From the NCBI GenBank assembly GCA_030141605.1, contig JAQGDQ010000505.1, positions 96,615 through 160,614 on the forward strand: a DNA stretch of 64,000 nt, read 5' to 3'. Below, in pieces: positions 25,901 to 56,465 of this stretch (positions are counted from its first letter, which is position 1; every line of letters starts with the position of its first letter). Origin of the DNA: Tubiluchus corallicola. Taxonomy: Eukaryota; Animalia; Priapulida. A model generated the notes under the pieces. It had not been told where the DNA came from. It saw only the letters and a program-made list of their open reading frames with translations, and did no database searches. The translations under genes were made by a program, and so were the position numbers.

Positions 25901-28458
25901 ATTCATTTAAAATTGAAATGCCACTTACTGCGACACACTTGTACTGTACAACAGCTACATACTAGCAAACTATTAACAGCTGAGCTGGAATACTGCCTAC
26001 CTGCACTCAATTTGAAATACTGTATATTAGAGTATTTCAGCATTAGCAAGTCAGCAGCGATTATATCTTTTTCTTTATCAATTGCAAGCGCATAGCAGAT
26101 CAAACCAATTTTGCTGATGTGGTGACCTAGGAAACTTTCCGAAAACAAACTGTAATTTTTTACGAAAAGGCTAATTATCCAAATGAAATGGTTTATTAAC
26201 ATTTAAAGAGCTTTCAGGCCACTAACAATGATACCAACAAACAGATTAAGTTTAACGAGACACAAAAACCACAATAAATTCTTATAACCCTTACACTGTA
26301 ACTGATTCATTGATAAAGTGTGTAATACAAGTAATTAAGAAGTCTGGAAAAGAAGGCAGTGCAGTGGCAAAACACTAACTTTTGTGACTCATAGCTCTTG
26401 TGAAGTGCACCATTGGTTGTTTTTATTTGCAAATATAAATGATTACAATTTATTCGCTACCACTGAATCTTAACAACTGGGTACCCGGGTACCCGAAGGG
26501 TATGAGAACAACGGTACCAGAGTCTGATTTATTGCTACCCATGTAAACACTAGTAATATTGCAATGACTGACATTAGAAAGGCATTCATAAAACAGGGTT
26601 GAAAAGACTCATAGCATAAAATCACATATATTTTTAATATTGATAATAAAAAAGTTGCAAATTAGCTAATTCAAAATTTTATATCAACTGATTTCTATTT
26701 GAAGTGCTCTGTCTTGCAATTCTTAAACAAACGGACAACATTTTTCCATTCTAAGTTCAGCTCAATTACATTTGTTTCTGTCAAAATAATGAATAATCTT
26801 CTCTGCTACAAATGTGTGACATGAAAACTTTTTAAACTGTGTAAATTTTTACATTTGGCTTCAATCAAAGCATTACTTTGTAACAGCAACTTTTTGACAT
26901 TTTTGGATGATAGGTACAACAGATATATTTAAAAGTTTAAGCTGTTTTTCAAAAAGAACAATGTGATGTTTTACTGTGACTATATATAATTCTTAATACG
27001 ATATAGAAATTATATTTACCTAAATTCATCTGCTGCTTTTTCTGGATCTAATTTGGTAAAAATAAAATGCATCACAACGTCAAAAGCCTTCTTGTTAGGA
27101 ACAGAAAACATCCCACTGCAACAGTAATGACCTTTTGATTTTTGTTTATTACTGGTATGTTGTTTGCATCATAAGGCACCAGAAAAGCGAAATTTTCAAT
27201 TTGCTGGGTCACAGTAGTAGCTAGCCATTTCACGAGATTATATGCAAAAACATAATTAGCCTACTTTACACTATTATAATAAACTTTCAACTGCTTTGGT
27301 TGCTAGCAGCAAGCCCGCACTTACAGCTCTGTTTGTTACATATCTTACAGCACCCTCTACAGTTGCAGATTGTATTACTTCAGAAATTTCACATCATTTT
27401 TATCAGCGGACAGACAAACAAGTGTTAAATAACAAAAATAACACAGATTATCACGATACGGATGCACTTTGATGATATGCATATCGTAATAAAAGATATC
27501 ATGATGCATTGATGTATCATGATATCATATGCATTGATGTATCATGATATCATATGCATTGATGTTACTTACAAACTTACGATTACATATATACTGAAAA
27601 CTAGCTCATAACTAGTTTGGTTTAAAGTTAGGATTTTTAATGATATGTCTGCGTGCATAGCAAAAATGCCTATAAGTCGGCAATTAAACTTTTCTAGTTA
27701 TTCACATATCTTGAATTTCCATTTCATGAGGATCATTTTGATACTAAGCTCATCACTCTATGTTATTTCTAAGCTGAAATAATCCACGTTGAAGGCGAGG
27801 TGCAGGCTATGCACTGAAAAACACAATCTTGAGAAAAATTGGTGTTAAAGTGAGCCATTGTTTTTCGCCGCGTCTCTACAAAACACTTAGCAACCGTACG
27901 AAAGTGTGGTTGCTAAGAACTTTGCAAGAGCACATTTAAGTAGTTTAAATCCAGTAGATGACTCACCCTGATGAAGATTTGGGCTTATCAACGGAAAAAA
28001 ACCAAAGCAAAATGAGTGCTTCCACGAGCTACTATCGTAGTTTGAAAATACAAGTTTTTTGCAATTACAGTTACACACAGAGAAATAGGCACAGGGTTAT
28101 AAAATTGAATTTTTAGTATATTTTTGACATTTTCTTGATAATTTGATGCTAGAATATAAAAGCACAATATATTTAGCATTTGTTTTTATAAAAAACAAAA
28201 AATTAACATTAGACCAAAATTTTGGTGCATTCTACTTTGAAATATCATAATGTAGTTTTAACTATGCCGACTTATGGATGGTTTTGGTTTGGAAGCACAC
28301 ATATATTGTTGTAGTTTATCAGATTATTAAAGTTACCTATGAAATGCTGTCCGATGCACAGCTTGAGCTTCAGTAGGTTGGAATCCCAGCAGCAGTAGAT
28401 TTGTGAAAAATGCTTGCTCTGCACTGTCTGACTGTGGAACTGGCACAGTACTGGTCAT
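1919..28458 (-). CDS. HAUS6: HAUS augmin-like complex subunit 6, 21 coding exons, about 1074 aa. Exons: 28337-28458, 27020-27115, 25606-25687, 25289-25418, 24677-24845, 24010-24114, 22615-22699, 21553-21726, 19659-19764, 19424-19514, 18373-18590, 16706-16796, 16386-16482, 14644-14880, 12751-12868, 9619-9723, 8598-9236, 7313-7425, 6293-6560, 5091-5156, 1919-2031
   Basis: All exons have AG/GT boundaries and chain in phase (3225 nt in total). The N-terminus reads MTSTVPVPQSDSAEQAFFTNLLLLGFQP...MFSVPNKKAFDVVMHFIFTKLDPEKAADEFRICWPSTDKKQEQEFRKAVYSWLTEI...FPKVSSSLLMSPHG, matching the HAUS6_N domain as I recall it. Later motifs YMLDGTNV, GKLNPLSLL, LNEVASAV and DPFAKREKLAYSPE also fit. The low-complexity C-terminal exons rest mainly on splice sites and phase and are less certain. 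Confidence 0.9.
2716..3264. mobile_element. hAT-type MITE, family A, copy 1
   Basis: TIRs CAGTGGTGGCTC / GAGCCGCCACTA; 8-bp TSD AATCATGC/AATCATAC. Reverse-complement homologue at 47027-47553. Confidence 0.85.
10140..10670 (-). mobile_element. Degenerate RTE-like LINE 3' fragment
   Basis: The minus strand encodes RRLRWLGHLLRLPSEVPARIAF and MFMYNSETWG, motifs typical of the RTE ORF C-terminus. Boundaries approximate. Confidence 0.7.
11225..11950. repeat. Degenerate tandem repeat of about 250 bp, about 3 copies
   Basis: AAGTT.TCACCCA.CATCTA.CAT recurs near 11248, 11503 and 11739. (TC)CTGGATC plus a pyrimidine tract recurs near 11325, 11439, 11612, 11678 and 11928. Confidence 0.65.
13031..13649. 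mobile_element. pogo/Tigger-like MITE, family E, copy 1
   Basis: Termini CAGTAGGCACTGCTTAAAAGACTC / GAGTCTTAAAGCGGCACCTACTG; subterminal TAATTGACTC repeats. Homologue at 35701-36391. Confidence 0.75.
15730..16333. mobile_element. Interspersed repeat family G, copy 1 (probable MITE; may extend left to TTAAGGG at 15275)
   Basis: Colinear with 27640-28275: GCATAGCAAAA, TTTCTAGTTAT.CACATATC.TGAATTTCCATTTC.TGAGGATCATTTTGATAC, CTTCCACGAGCTACTAT, CTATGCCG.CTTA. Confidence 0.75.
17529..18132. repeat. 25-bp minisatellite, about 24 copies, in a HAUS6 intron
   Basis: Unit CATGGATGATGAATGTGAGCAAGG(G/A), head-to-tail with no spacers and few variants (GGACAAGAG, GACGA). Confidence 0.97.
21117..21395. repeat. 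Degenerate array of about 15-16 bp units (TTTTCC.GTACCAAA)
   Basis: Repeated TACCAAA, GTACCA and GCACCAAA cores at roughly 15-19 nt spacing. Confidence 0.65.
22828..23200 (-). mobile_element. CR1/L2-like LINE 3' end remnant
   Basis: The minus strand encodes a YSAPLMWN-like motif followed by an AT-rich 3' UTR, AATAAA and a (TTA)n tail. Confidence 0.55.
25775..26552. mobile_element. hAT-type MITE, family B
   Basis: TIRs TAGTGTTTCCAT / ATGTAAACACTA; perfect 8-bp TSD GTAATATT; subterminal GGTACCCG motifs at both ends. Confidence 0.85.
27495..27565. repeat. 25-bp tandem repeat, about 3 copies
   Basis: GATATCATATGCATTGATGTATCAT repeated. Confidence 0.85.
27640..28275. mobile_element. Interspersed repeat family G, copy 2 (HAUS6 intron 1)
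   Basis: Colinear with 15730-16333. Confidence 0.75.
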
Positions 28459-28971
28459 GCTAATCAGATAAAAATCTAAAACTAATGCACACCAAATGTG
28501 AAAATTTAGAGCTTACTTTTAGTACATAATCATCTATAATTCTGAAATTATAAGCTTTTTCACTGTTTTACATACAACTACACTTTACATGCATTGGCAT
28601 TGTAATAACAGATTTGTACTTAGCATAAGAACTTAGGTAAATAAATTCCTTCTCCTACAATTTCAGCAATTTCTTTACATTTAATGCAATCTACCCCTAA
28701 TCTTTGTCAACAATTACTTCAGTGGTGGAAATTTATTATAATATAAGAATGCTTTGTCATCTATATGTTCGTCATTATCTAGCAAGGCAATATGTACAAT
28801 GCTCTATAATGAACATGACGCAGGGACAATAAACAATAAGAAAAATTATAACATAAATCCAACTTATAAATCGTGCTGCAGTCAAGGAACTAAGCAACAT
28901 ATAACTTACATCTCGGTTCTAAGGGAAAATTATAAAATACAGACTAAACCAAAACACAACTTGCTAGTTCG

Positions 28972-29120
28972 GCATTCATCATCATCATACGCCCGTCACG
29001 TCTATTGTAGACATTGGGCAGGCAAAATTCTAAAACAAAAGAAATCTGCCTTCAGACAGGTAAACGCAGCAGTAATCCAGCAAAAAAAACTAGACACTGC
29101 TAAGCCAGTGGCTTGTCAGA
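28972..29120 (-). mobile_element. Short retroposon 3' end with (ATG)n tail, copy 1
   Basis: About 150 bp nearly identical to 35272-35431 (TTGTAGACATTGGGCAGGCA, CAGCAGTAATCCAGCAAAAAA, ACTAGACACTGCTA), starting with (CAT)n on the plus strand. Confidence 0.65.
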
Positions 29121-30293
29121 TTCGCAGATTTCGCGCTATTTTGATGGTAAGCGTCTGTCATCTAGCGACGAAGAAGAGAGTTAAATAAATTAAAAAGATG
29201 CCAAAGATGACGTACATCATGTTATGTATACAATTAACTATTGCAACCATGGGCAAAAAGCTATTAGATTCCGCCTGATCAGTGATCATCGAAGGTAATC
29301 AAAACGTTCATTTTTTCACGTTTGTCATGCAGTAGTAATAACTGCCTATCTAAATAAAAAACTCCTCAGTATCAGGCAGTTGCCAGGGGAGGGGCACGAG
29401 CATAAGGGATCCATATTATTCTATGTTAAGACTATGTATGTTGTTTCTTGCTGTCAATAAAAAACTATACTAAACTATTATTATTTGTTATTGTGTGACA
29501 ATCTCCGTCTATGTGGTTTGCCAGATGACCATCATTTATAATTTATGTTGAAATTTTTGTTTGTCAAAGCTCGGATTTTTCGTCAAGACTGATATATTGT
29601 TCAAATGTTTGTGTTGATTACAGCATGTTTCTTAACTTTTAACGACTTTATTTGGAAATATCAATACAATAAATATCATGTTTAATTTTGTTGTTGTGTA
29701 GGTAGGGCTTCAGCTTAGTGCACTGCTTTGCCGGGGTCCTATAATGCTGTTAAGATGGGCCTACTCATATACCGATAAAAAACAACTGCACAGCAAATCA
29801 TGCATTCTACAACAAACAATGTGTTATAAGTTTGTTACCATACGTTTCCAAGCGAGCAAAATCAAAAATTCGGAAAGCCTGAATAAGATGAATAAAAGAT
29901 GGTGGCCTACGACAAACTGCAATTTTCTGGTCAATGGTCAATTTGCACAATCTAGGAGTTGCTTTTTTTGAACAATTCTTTATCAAGTGCAGCTAAATAT
30001 GCTATAGACAAAACGAACGAATAAAGCGTGTCATCCACTTAAACAACATACAAAAGCGTAATTATACTATTACAAAATAAGCGTGTTCCAAAAGTTCGGC
30101 AATGGAGCTGCACTGGCAAAGAACCAAACTGACGTAAGTAATCTCCAAATAAAAAATCTGAGCTGCCCATTAATGCTCTATAAATAATAATAATTCGAAT
30201 TAATAGCTCAATGAAAAGTAAATACAAAGAAGAAAGTCACAAAGGTTCTTGTCTAAATACTTTATTTTAACATTATCACTTGTACAGAAATTT

Positions 30294-37005
<6,712 letters not shown>

Positions 37006-37038
37006 ATTGGCAAGCTCTTTTAGAGCACCGAAGCTTAT

Positions 37039-37049
37039 GGAGGAAAGAA
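37039..37049 (-). promoter_or_regulatory. TCT core promoter / 5'TOP pyrimidine tract of RPS6
   Basis: Minus strand TTCTTTCCTCC about 40 nt upstream of the RPS6 ATG. It fits the YCTYTYY TCT motif typical of ribosomal protein genes; predicted start C at 37047. Confidence 0.75.
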
Positions 37050-39466
37050 CGATCACGCGATTTTATGCGAGATTTTCGGTACTGTATATTTTGGTAAACA
37101 AAGTCACGTTGCAAATCTGATAACATGCATGTGCCATACGTTTGTTGACTTTGCTCTAATTTTGATAATAATGTAATTTCGTTTTTATCTTAGCGACCTG
37201 TGTATTTTTATAAAGTTTGGCGTCACAATTTATTGATTTTAATTGTTGGTTACAATAGACGTAACTGTGCTTTTCTGTATTCACATTCCGTTTATTCAGT
37301 TGCCCTGTTGACACGTACTGTAGTTGCAGAAGCGTTTGTTGGTGGAATCAATCATGGTCAAAGATAAAAGTTTAACAGGCAGCTCTTAGACGCTAAAGAT
37401 AATCGTAAACTTAACCTTTTGTCCACCATGGGCGCCTTATCTTATAGGACTGTTTTTCAAGTCAAACAGTGCTCCTGTGATTAATAAAAATTAATGTGAT
37501 TGTGCGGAAGCTCAACCACATGCATAGCGCTAATAAAAAAGAAAATTTCCTTGCTGACGTTGAATAAAGTCCCTCGTTTCAGTGAAGCAAGAATGAGTTA
37601 TTATCCTGCCATGTTTATAATTCAATTATTGAAGAATTCTATCATTTAATCTGCAATGAAAATAATTTTTACATTCGAATAAATATGAATGGTAAAAAAA
37701 TCATTTATTAGCTAAGACTTGCACCCTCTTCTTTTCCACGCCAGTTGTAGGAATTGTCATTTGCTTATCACGGTGGACATTTGTGATTTTAATAATATGA
37801 TAATTCATCAAAATTATTTAAACATGTACTTTCATTAATAGAAACTGGTGAGAATCATAAAATTAAATCATTTAAATATTTTTCATTATAATTTATTTCA
37901 ATATTTATGCAGAGTGAAATTTTTCAACTTTTTTTATCAAATTCAAAAAAGCATGTTACTTTCTTTTTGTAGGTTTCTCTTACGATAATCCCTAATATTG
38001 AAACGTCATATTTCTGGACTTTTTCTTAAATATTGTTTGATTTTAAAATATTAAGACTCTTTACTTTATGTGAACCTAATATTTTATTTTGTATTTCAGT
38101 TTTTTCTGACACTATGATCAAAAGGCGAGTAATTGTAACCTCTTGGAAACCACATCCACCTACTGCTAGCATTTCAAACAAGGTGGATGATGATCCAGGT
38201 TCGTCTTTCGTGGAAGTCAGACACCATCTCGTCTGATCATATTCTGAGTTTTGGTTAATTTGGAGCATTCTTGAATTATCAATTGCTTCAGTTGTAGCTT
38301 TACTAAGGATCATAGTTAACACACTCTCAATTAGTGCTCAAAAGCCTTCAAGACATTCAAGGCTTTTTTATATAGTTACAGTTGTGCACCCTGAGCAAAT
38401 CACTTCTAAGCAAGCAACTGCTTTTTCTCAGAAAAGAGAAAAATGATTATTTATTGAATGACTCTGCCTAGTGTTAGAGTTAGCAACCTTAAAGCACAAG
38501 GTAACTCTCCACTTTCATAAAGCTGAAAAAATTCATCTTGGAATTTTATACCACTTACATACTACCTTTTTGCATGCACAGTTTGCATCGGCCGCAAAGC
38601 TGTATAAAACTTGTAAATTTAAATTCCCGTGATGACTGTTAGGCACAACCATTTTAATGGTAGGTCATGTGAAACAAGTTTAGATAACACTTATTAAAGT
38701 TTAAAAAAATAATCAGAGCATTTGTAGCATACATGTTGCTAACGAAGTAAAATTTTCAATTACTGTATCGTGTCAATAAGATTAAAAATACATTTTTGGC
38801 TAGCAAGTGGCGCACCCTGGAGGCTGAGTCACAGACATTTTAGAAATTGGCACAAACATTTTAAATTATTATTTCTAGTTACATAAATCTTTCCAGCAGG
38901 TAAGCAAAATGCTAAATAATGTAGATTTACATGGAAAGTTTTTTGGGACATAATTTAACATTGCCTTTTCTTCCCCTGATTTACGTTTGTGTACGCGCTG
39001 TCATGTAATGGCACCGTCGGAACAGCATTGCGGGAGATTTAAGATGAAAACAAACAAAAATTCTTTTTAACACGAGTACGATATATGCATAAAATTTGCT
39101 TAAAAGTAATAAAATCTTTTAAGGCGATATTTCTGAAACCTACTTCAGGTACAGTCAGAAACTGTGTCTGGTGGTGAGGTTACAGATCCCCCTCACCCAC
39201 ATAGATGAATGCACTTTATTTATAGCTTTTTTTGAAATTTCTACTGTCAAGATCACACAGTTTATGACTAACCTTGAATTGTAACTAAGTTCTATCTGAT
39301 GAGATCACTGTACAACATTCACAAACACATGTGCCTTGTTTGTGTTCTTTTTTTAGAATCAAGCACAATGATCAAATCACTGTTTAGTAAAAATTTTATA
39401 CAAACCTGTTTGTAGTTACTTGAGTTTTTCGTGGTGAAATATCTAGCACAAAACTGACTTTTGCAG

Positions 39467-51130
<11,664 letters not shown>

Positions 51131-51489
51131 TAGAACTTAAATATTTGTGATGTGATAGCTCTAGTAAAAAAAAGTTTGCAATTTTTTTATTGTAAGCAAT
51201 TAGTGAATCCATTGAGGAGTTGTCTGACAACCTAATCTATGAAAAATGCAGCAAATTTTTGGTACAATGGGAGGAAATGCTTCCTGCAAGGTTTATTGCC
51301 TGTGGCTGTGCTATGTTTGGTTGTAAGTTTAGATTTCCATGGATTGTTAGTTTTTATGGATTTGATGCTGAATTAGAAAACAATTCACTAATTGAAATGA
51401 AGCTCTCTAACGTCTAATATTTTTAAGCAAATCATTGTATCATAAACATGTTTGATTTCAATATTTGTTAACAAAACTTGAATGTATGC

Positions 51490-52590
51490 AAGTTCCGAAT
51501 ATTCTACTGAATTGGCTATCTGACTTCCTCTTTCAACGTCAGGTCAGTTACTTCCAAATGGGAGTTACTGGATGGGGAGATTCCCCAAGGTACTAAGACT
51601 GACCCGAGTCTGTTCATTACTATGATCAATGACATTCAGACAATATGTGATGATGTCAAGTATATCGATGACACGACTATATTTCACTTTGGCACCTCTA
51701 CTGACTGTCTCAAAATTCAAACCGCAGCTAATCAGACATTACAATGGGCAAATGCCAATAACTTAAATTTCAATACATCTCAATTCAACGAAATGATTGT
51801 GACTTTCCTTTCTAAGCTTCCCGATATTCCTCCAATTATCATCTCTAATTTGAAGGTAAAAAGAGTTGATTCGGTTAAACTTTTAGGTGTGCAAATAGCT
51901 AAAGATTTAACATGGAACATCCATGTCCATTCAATTTATGCTAAAGCCAGTAAAGGAATTTATCTTTTGTGATAAATGAAAAGAGCTGGGAAATCTCCTA
52001 ATGATTATATAATGATGTGATAAAAATGTTCTGCATCGTGATTAGGCCAGTTGTTGAATACGTTTCTCAGGCATGGCACTCATCTCTTTCCCAGAATTTA
52101 CCTGATTCGTTAGAAACAGTTCAAAAGTGCTCATTGAAAATAATTTATCCAAATGAAAACTACGCTAAGGCTCTAATTTTGGATAATCTTCAACATTTAT
52201 TTAACCGTCGTCAAAGTTGTTGTTATCCCAATTCGGTATTCTAATAATAAAATCCACACTCTATTGCCAGATGCCCTTACTCATAGATACAGCACTCGCT
52301 ACCATTTGAAATATCCCTTACATAAATGCAGAACAGAGATTCAAGTACAGTTTTATCTCATATGGCTTATTTAATTTTGACTCATTTAATTTTAATTTAT
52401 TTCAATCATGTATCTTGTAACAGTGTAATAATGCTTGTCGCTGTATGATCTACCTTGCTTATTCTTTTTAAAAAATTTTGTATTTTGTAATTTTATGTTG
52501 TACTGTAATTCCACCTTTTGGTTGTAATGATGATAAATAAACTTATTAAACTTGTTATTATTATTATTATTAGTAGTAGTAGTATTATTA
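51490..52590 (+). mobile_element. 5'-truncated, degenerate LINE (CR1/L2 group) reverse-transcriptase 3' end
   Basis: GEIPQGTK...LFITMINDI...VKYIDDTTIF (YxDD), VKLLGVQIAKDLTWNIHV, VIRPVVEY.SQAWH, LETVQK. Contains stops and frameshifts and ends in AATAAA and a (TTA)n tail. Confidence 0.88.
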
Positions 52591-54502
52591 AACTTATTAA
52601 GAACAAATTTTAGGATTCACTTGCCTGTGATGTACTGCATTAACATTTTCATAGTTTTCAAGTTTTGGATTTTGTAATAAAAGGCTACAAAAAAGCATCG
52701 GTGATTCATTGGTGCTTGCACCTGGTTATTAGTAGAGGAACAATCCTAATATGATTGACTTCATAATCATAATTATTCACCTTAATGAGCTCTAGCACTG
52801 TGCAAAGTTTGATGCCTTTGAATCAAACTATTTTTTTCACCATTCTTGTAGACTAAAGACCCATTCATTGTGGACAAAAAGTGGCCATATTTTTAACGTC
52901 ATAATTAGACCCTTTCTAGTGTGAAATTTCGGGCTGTGATTCTGTGGGACCAAGTACTACAAGAAAACACCATAAAACGTTTTCTCGCTTGGGGGGGGGG
53001 GGTAAGTCAGCAAATTAACTCTACTACTAACATTGTGGGTAAATTTGAAAATTAGCTGCAAGTGCATAGACCTTATCAAATTTGCAGTCATAGTGACCTA
53101 GCAAAAGGTCAAAGATAGGCCAAATTATATATATATATACATTCATATGTATGTATGTATGTATATTTATTCAGGGTGACAAGACGAATAATTTGATAAC
53201 CATTTTATTAGGATTTGTGCTTTTTTGAAATTTGTCTCCCCCTACATAAATTGCTGACATTTTGAAGAAGGCAGCCCAGGCTAGATTTTTTAGTGCTTCT
53301 CGGGTAATTCTAAACAGCCTTCAAATGTTTGTTCTAGCAGAAGTGTTACGGAACATTAAGACTGTTCCTCTACTATATTGTGTAAGCCAATACTGCCTGG
53401 ACACCATCTAGTGTATACTGTATGTAAAACAGTGCCTGAAAACAGGTGTAATACATACTAAAAATATCAGTAAACTTAATCATAGGCAGTAAACTTTTAT
53501 ACACTGCCGAATCTTGTCTTTAACGTATTAATTATAGCATGCATTATACCTTGATTATAAACAATGATTATCATAAATTATTATGGGTTTGGTGCAAGAA
53601 ATCGAACAATAAAATGAACAGTTAGTATAGTACTGTTACTACAGTAGTCGAACAGTATAATTTTGCAATTAGTGAAAATCCGAAATAAAGACAGATTTAA
53701 AAGCATGCTTGTGCAAGAGGTTTCTAAACTCATCTTTAATAACTGGTTTTCTTAAAATTGATGTCCTTGGAAAATTAAGATTTCTTAATTATTTTATTAG
53801 AGTAGGTGAACGACTTAAGTTAAGAATGGTAGACTGTTTTTAAAGTGGTACTAAAAATTATGAAGGAAAAATGTACGGGGGAGAATGAAGGTTTGCTTAA
53901 TGAATAGAGAATTCATCCACTGAGCCACTCGTGCGCATTGCAATCTGTTCATTGTCATAGCAGGGATAGAATTCAGTCTTCAATAAAAACACGATTAATT
54001 GTCCTATTGATCGTTCTGATGTATGTGCAGTGGCATTTAATTTGTGATGGATACTTGTCTACATCAATGGTGTTACAATGTGGTACTTCAATTTTCCCGA
54101 ATTGCAAAAAAGCTGACCCTTAGAACATGAAAATTATCATGGCAAATGGAATTGATTACTGGTAGCAATTGGTAATTATGTCACTTGAACTCTGCTACTA
54201 GTCATTTTCTTCTCTTTGCCCGTTTAATTATTATTACAAATGTAACATTGCAGTCATTTACAAATATGTACCTTGTCACAAATTAAATATTTTGTTATTA
54301 AATAAAACACAAAATGAACGGTCTGTATCAAAACGTAATTTATTTTTCGATACAATTCAATTTATTAATAGACTTCAATACAACTGGTAGTTTTTAAATA
54401 TTACATGTGCAGTAAATTCTTACCAAGACTGTTTTTTTAAAAAAACGGTCTTTATACTAACTTTCATGCTGGTAATTTGATGAAGTTTTTTTAACTGTGA
54501 GG

Positions 54503-55118
54503 TTTAAGGCAAAACCATACCCAATGTTAAACTGTAGGTCAAAACAACCTATTCTTTAAAATATTGAAAGGAAACATACTATTTCTTAAAGAATGACTTA
54601 TGTGAAATAATTATTACCACACAAACATAATTTCGCATTCCGGCCACTAGTTCTTCGCTGTTACATGCATTGCGCCATTCGCTAGTTAGACATTTCGCCA
54701 TGCACTAGTGTCTGCATTTCGGAAAGCATTGCCCAAAAAACAGGTGCTGTGCCTCTCAGTTCAGATGTGTTAGTTTGTGAAGAAATGCACATGTTCGACA
54801 GCTCGTGTGAGTACAATAATAAATTTGAAAGTTGATTATTTTTCTTAAAACTTGCCTAGTTTTAGTACAACACACTGAATCTCTATGTACTTCAATTTTC
54901 GCTTTCGCAAACACGTGCAATATGCTCATGGAATATTTTTGCTGTTGAAAATTATGTTAGTTTGTGATGTCATCAATAGTTGGGCTTGCTGTTAAGTTCT
55001 TAATCTATTATTTAATTATCAGTAACGCTTTTGCAGTATTAAAGGTGTTAAAATGCATACTTTCTATCGGACTTGAAAATCGGCAAGTATATGAAAAATC
55101 ATCCTGTCTTCTTTTAAA
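54503..55118. mobile_element. Interspersed repeat family F, copy 2
   Basis: Colinear with 42975-43597; TTAAGGCAAAAC...CCTGTCTTCTTTTAAA. Confidence 0.7.
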
Positions 55119-55560
55119 GCCCCATTGTCATTTTCTCAAACCTTGTTCAACTTAGTAGCTGTACTACTTGTCTTACTTGAATCATTCATATACTCAGGTG
55201 ATCAGTGCATGCAAAAGTGGCTTTTATACAGAATCCAGCACTCAATGATAGCATTACATTAATCCTCTTATTACATAAGCAACCACAAATTCACAATTTT
55301 GTGAATTGTGAGATGGGCAGGAAAGCACTGTGAACCTAATTCATCCTAAAGTCTTGATACGCTGCTGACTAGGCTGTGAGCAGTGTGCAGATGCAAGTTT
55401 TATAGCCATTTTACAAAAATTCAGAATAAATTCTGGAAGATTAAGTATGCAATTCACTCATCTTATTTCCAGACAGAGATACTATTGCTACCATTGCATC
55501 TAAGAACTGCTATGTGCTGATGACTGTTCAAACCGTTTGACATCTTAGAAGTTGTTCATT

Positions 55561-55685
55561 TAATTTTTTGCATTTTATTCCTCACTGCACCAACTTGTAC
55601 ATGCAGGAAAATGTTAAAACTATAATTTTTTTGCATTTTGTTCCTCACTGCACCAACTTGTACATGCAGGAAAATGTTAAAACTA
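55561..55685. repeat. Near-perfect tandem duplication of about 62 bp
   Basis: TTTTTTGCATTTT(A/G)TTCCTCACTGCACCAACTTGTACATGCAGGAAAATGTTAAAACTA occurs twice. Confidence 0.9.
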
Positions 55686-55690
55686 AAATA

Positions 55691-55883
55691 CAGTCAAACA
55701 ACATTACATCGCCCACTTTGGGACACGGGAGGCCTTATAGCGAGTTTGGCATTATAATGAGTTGCATTAATACACGCATTTCTATGCAAATCTAGATATT
55801 TTCTTTATCCGAGAATTTTAGTATTAAGCAAGGCTGGCATTATGAAGGCGGAGAGTGGGAGGCATTATAACGAGGTTTGACTG
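55691..55883. mobile_element. Short Tc1/mariner (pogo-like) MITE, 193 bp
   Basis: TA|CAGTCAAACAACATTA ... TAACGAGGTTTGACTG|TA; internal GGCATTATAA repeats. Confidence 0.7.
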
Positions 55884-56465
55884 TATTCATTTAAGATTTC
55901 GTCAACAATACAAATTCTTGAAGTCATTCGTTCAAAGTTCTATGAAACTTTTTTGAAATGCACAAACAAGCCGAACCCTTTACATTCTGAGCAAAAGCTA
56001 TTCTTTGTGACTGGTGGAACGGAACCAGTTCCTATGCAAGTGGTTAATGAGCCTAGAAAAATTTGCTGCGCAGACATATCTGAATCCCTCAGGCTCACTT
56101 CTCTGAATAATTAGAGGCCAAAGCCAATTCGTGCCCTAGGTGCTCAAGATTGAGTGCTTTAGATTTTACTAACTCGAAAAGTCAAACACAATTGCACTTA
56201 GTTAAACACAGCTCTCCAGGCCTAATTGTATTAGACTATCACTACTGCTGTGTAACATCGTTAAAATTGTTACCTACAGAATTTTTCAGTTTAAATTTTA
56301 CAGAATTCATTGTAGTTTAATTTTTTATGCAGAAGTTATTTACACATACGTTTGTAACAGTTTTATTGCGAAATTGTTATGTACTTGAGATTAAACTAAG
56401 CAACACAAGACAAGACAAAACAGAAAGAAAAACAGACCACTATATAATGATTATTTACAATTGCT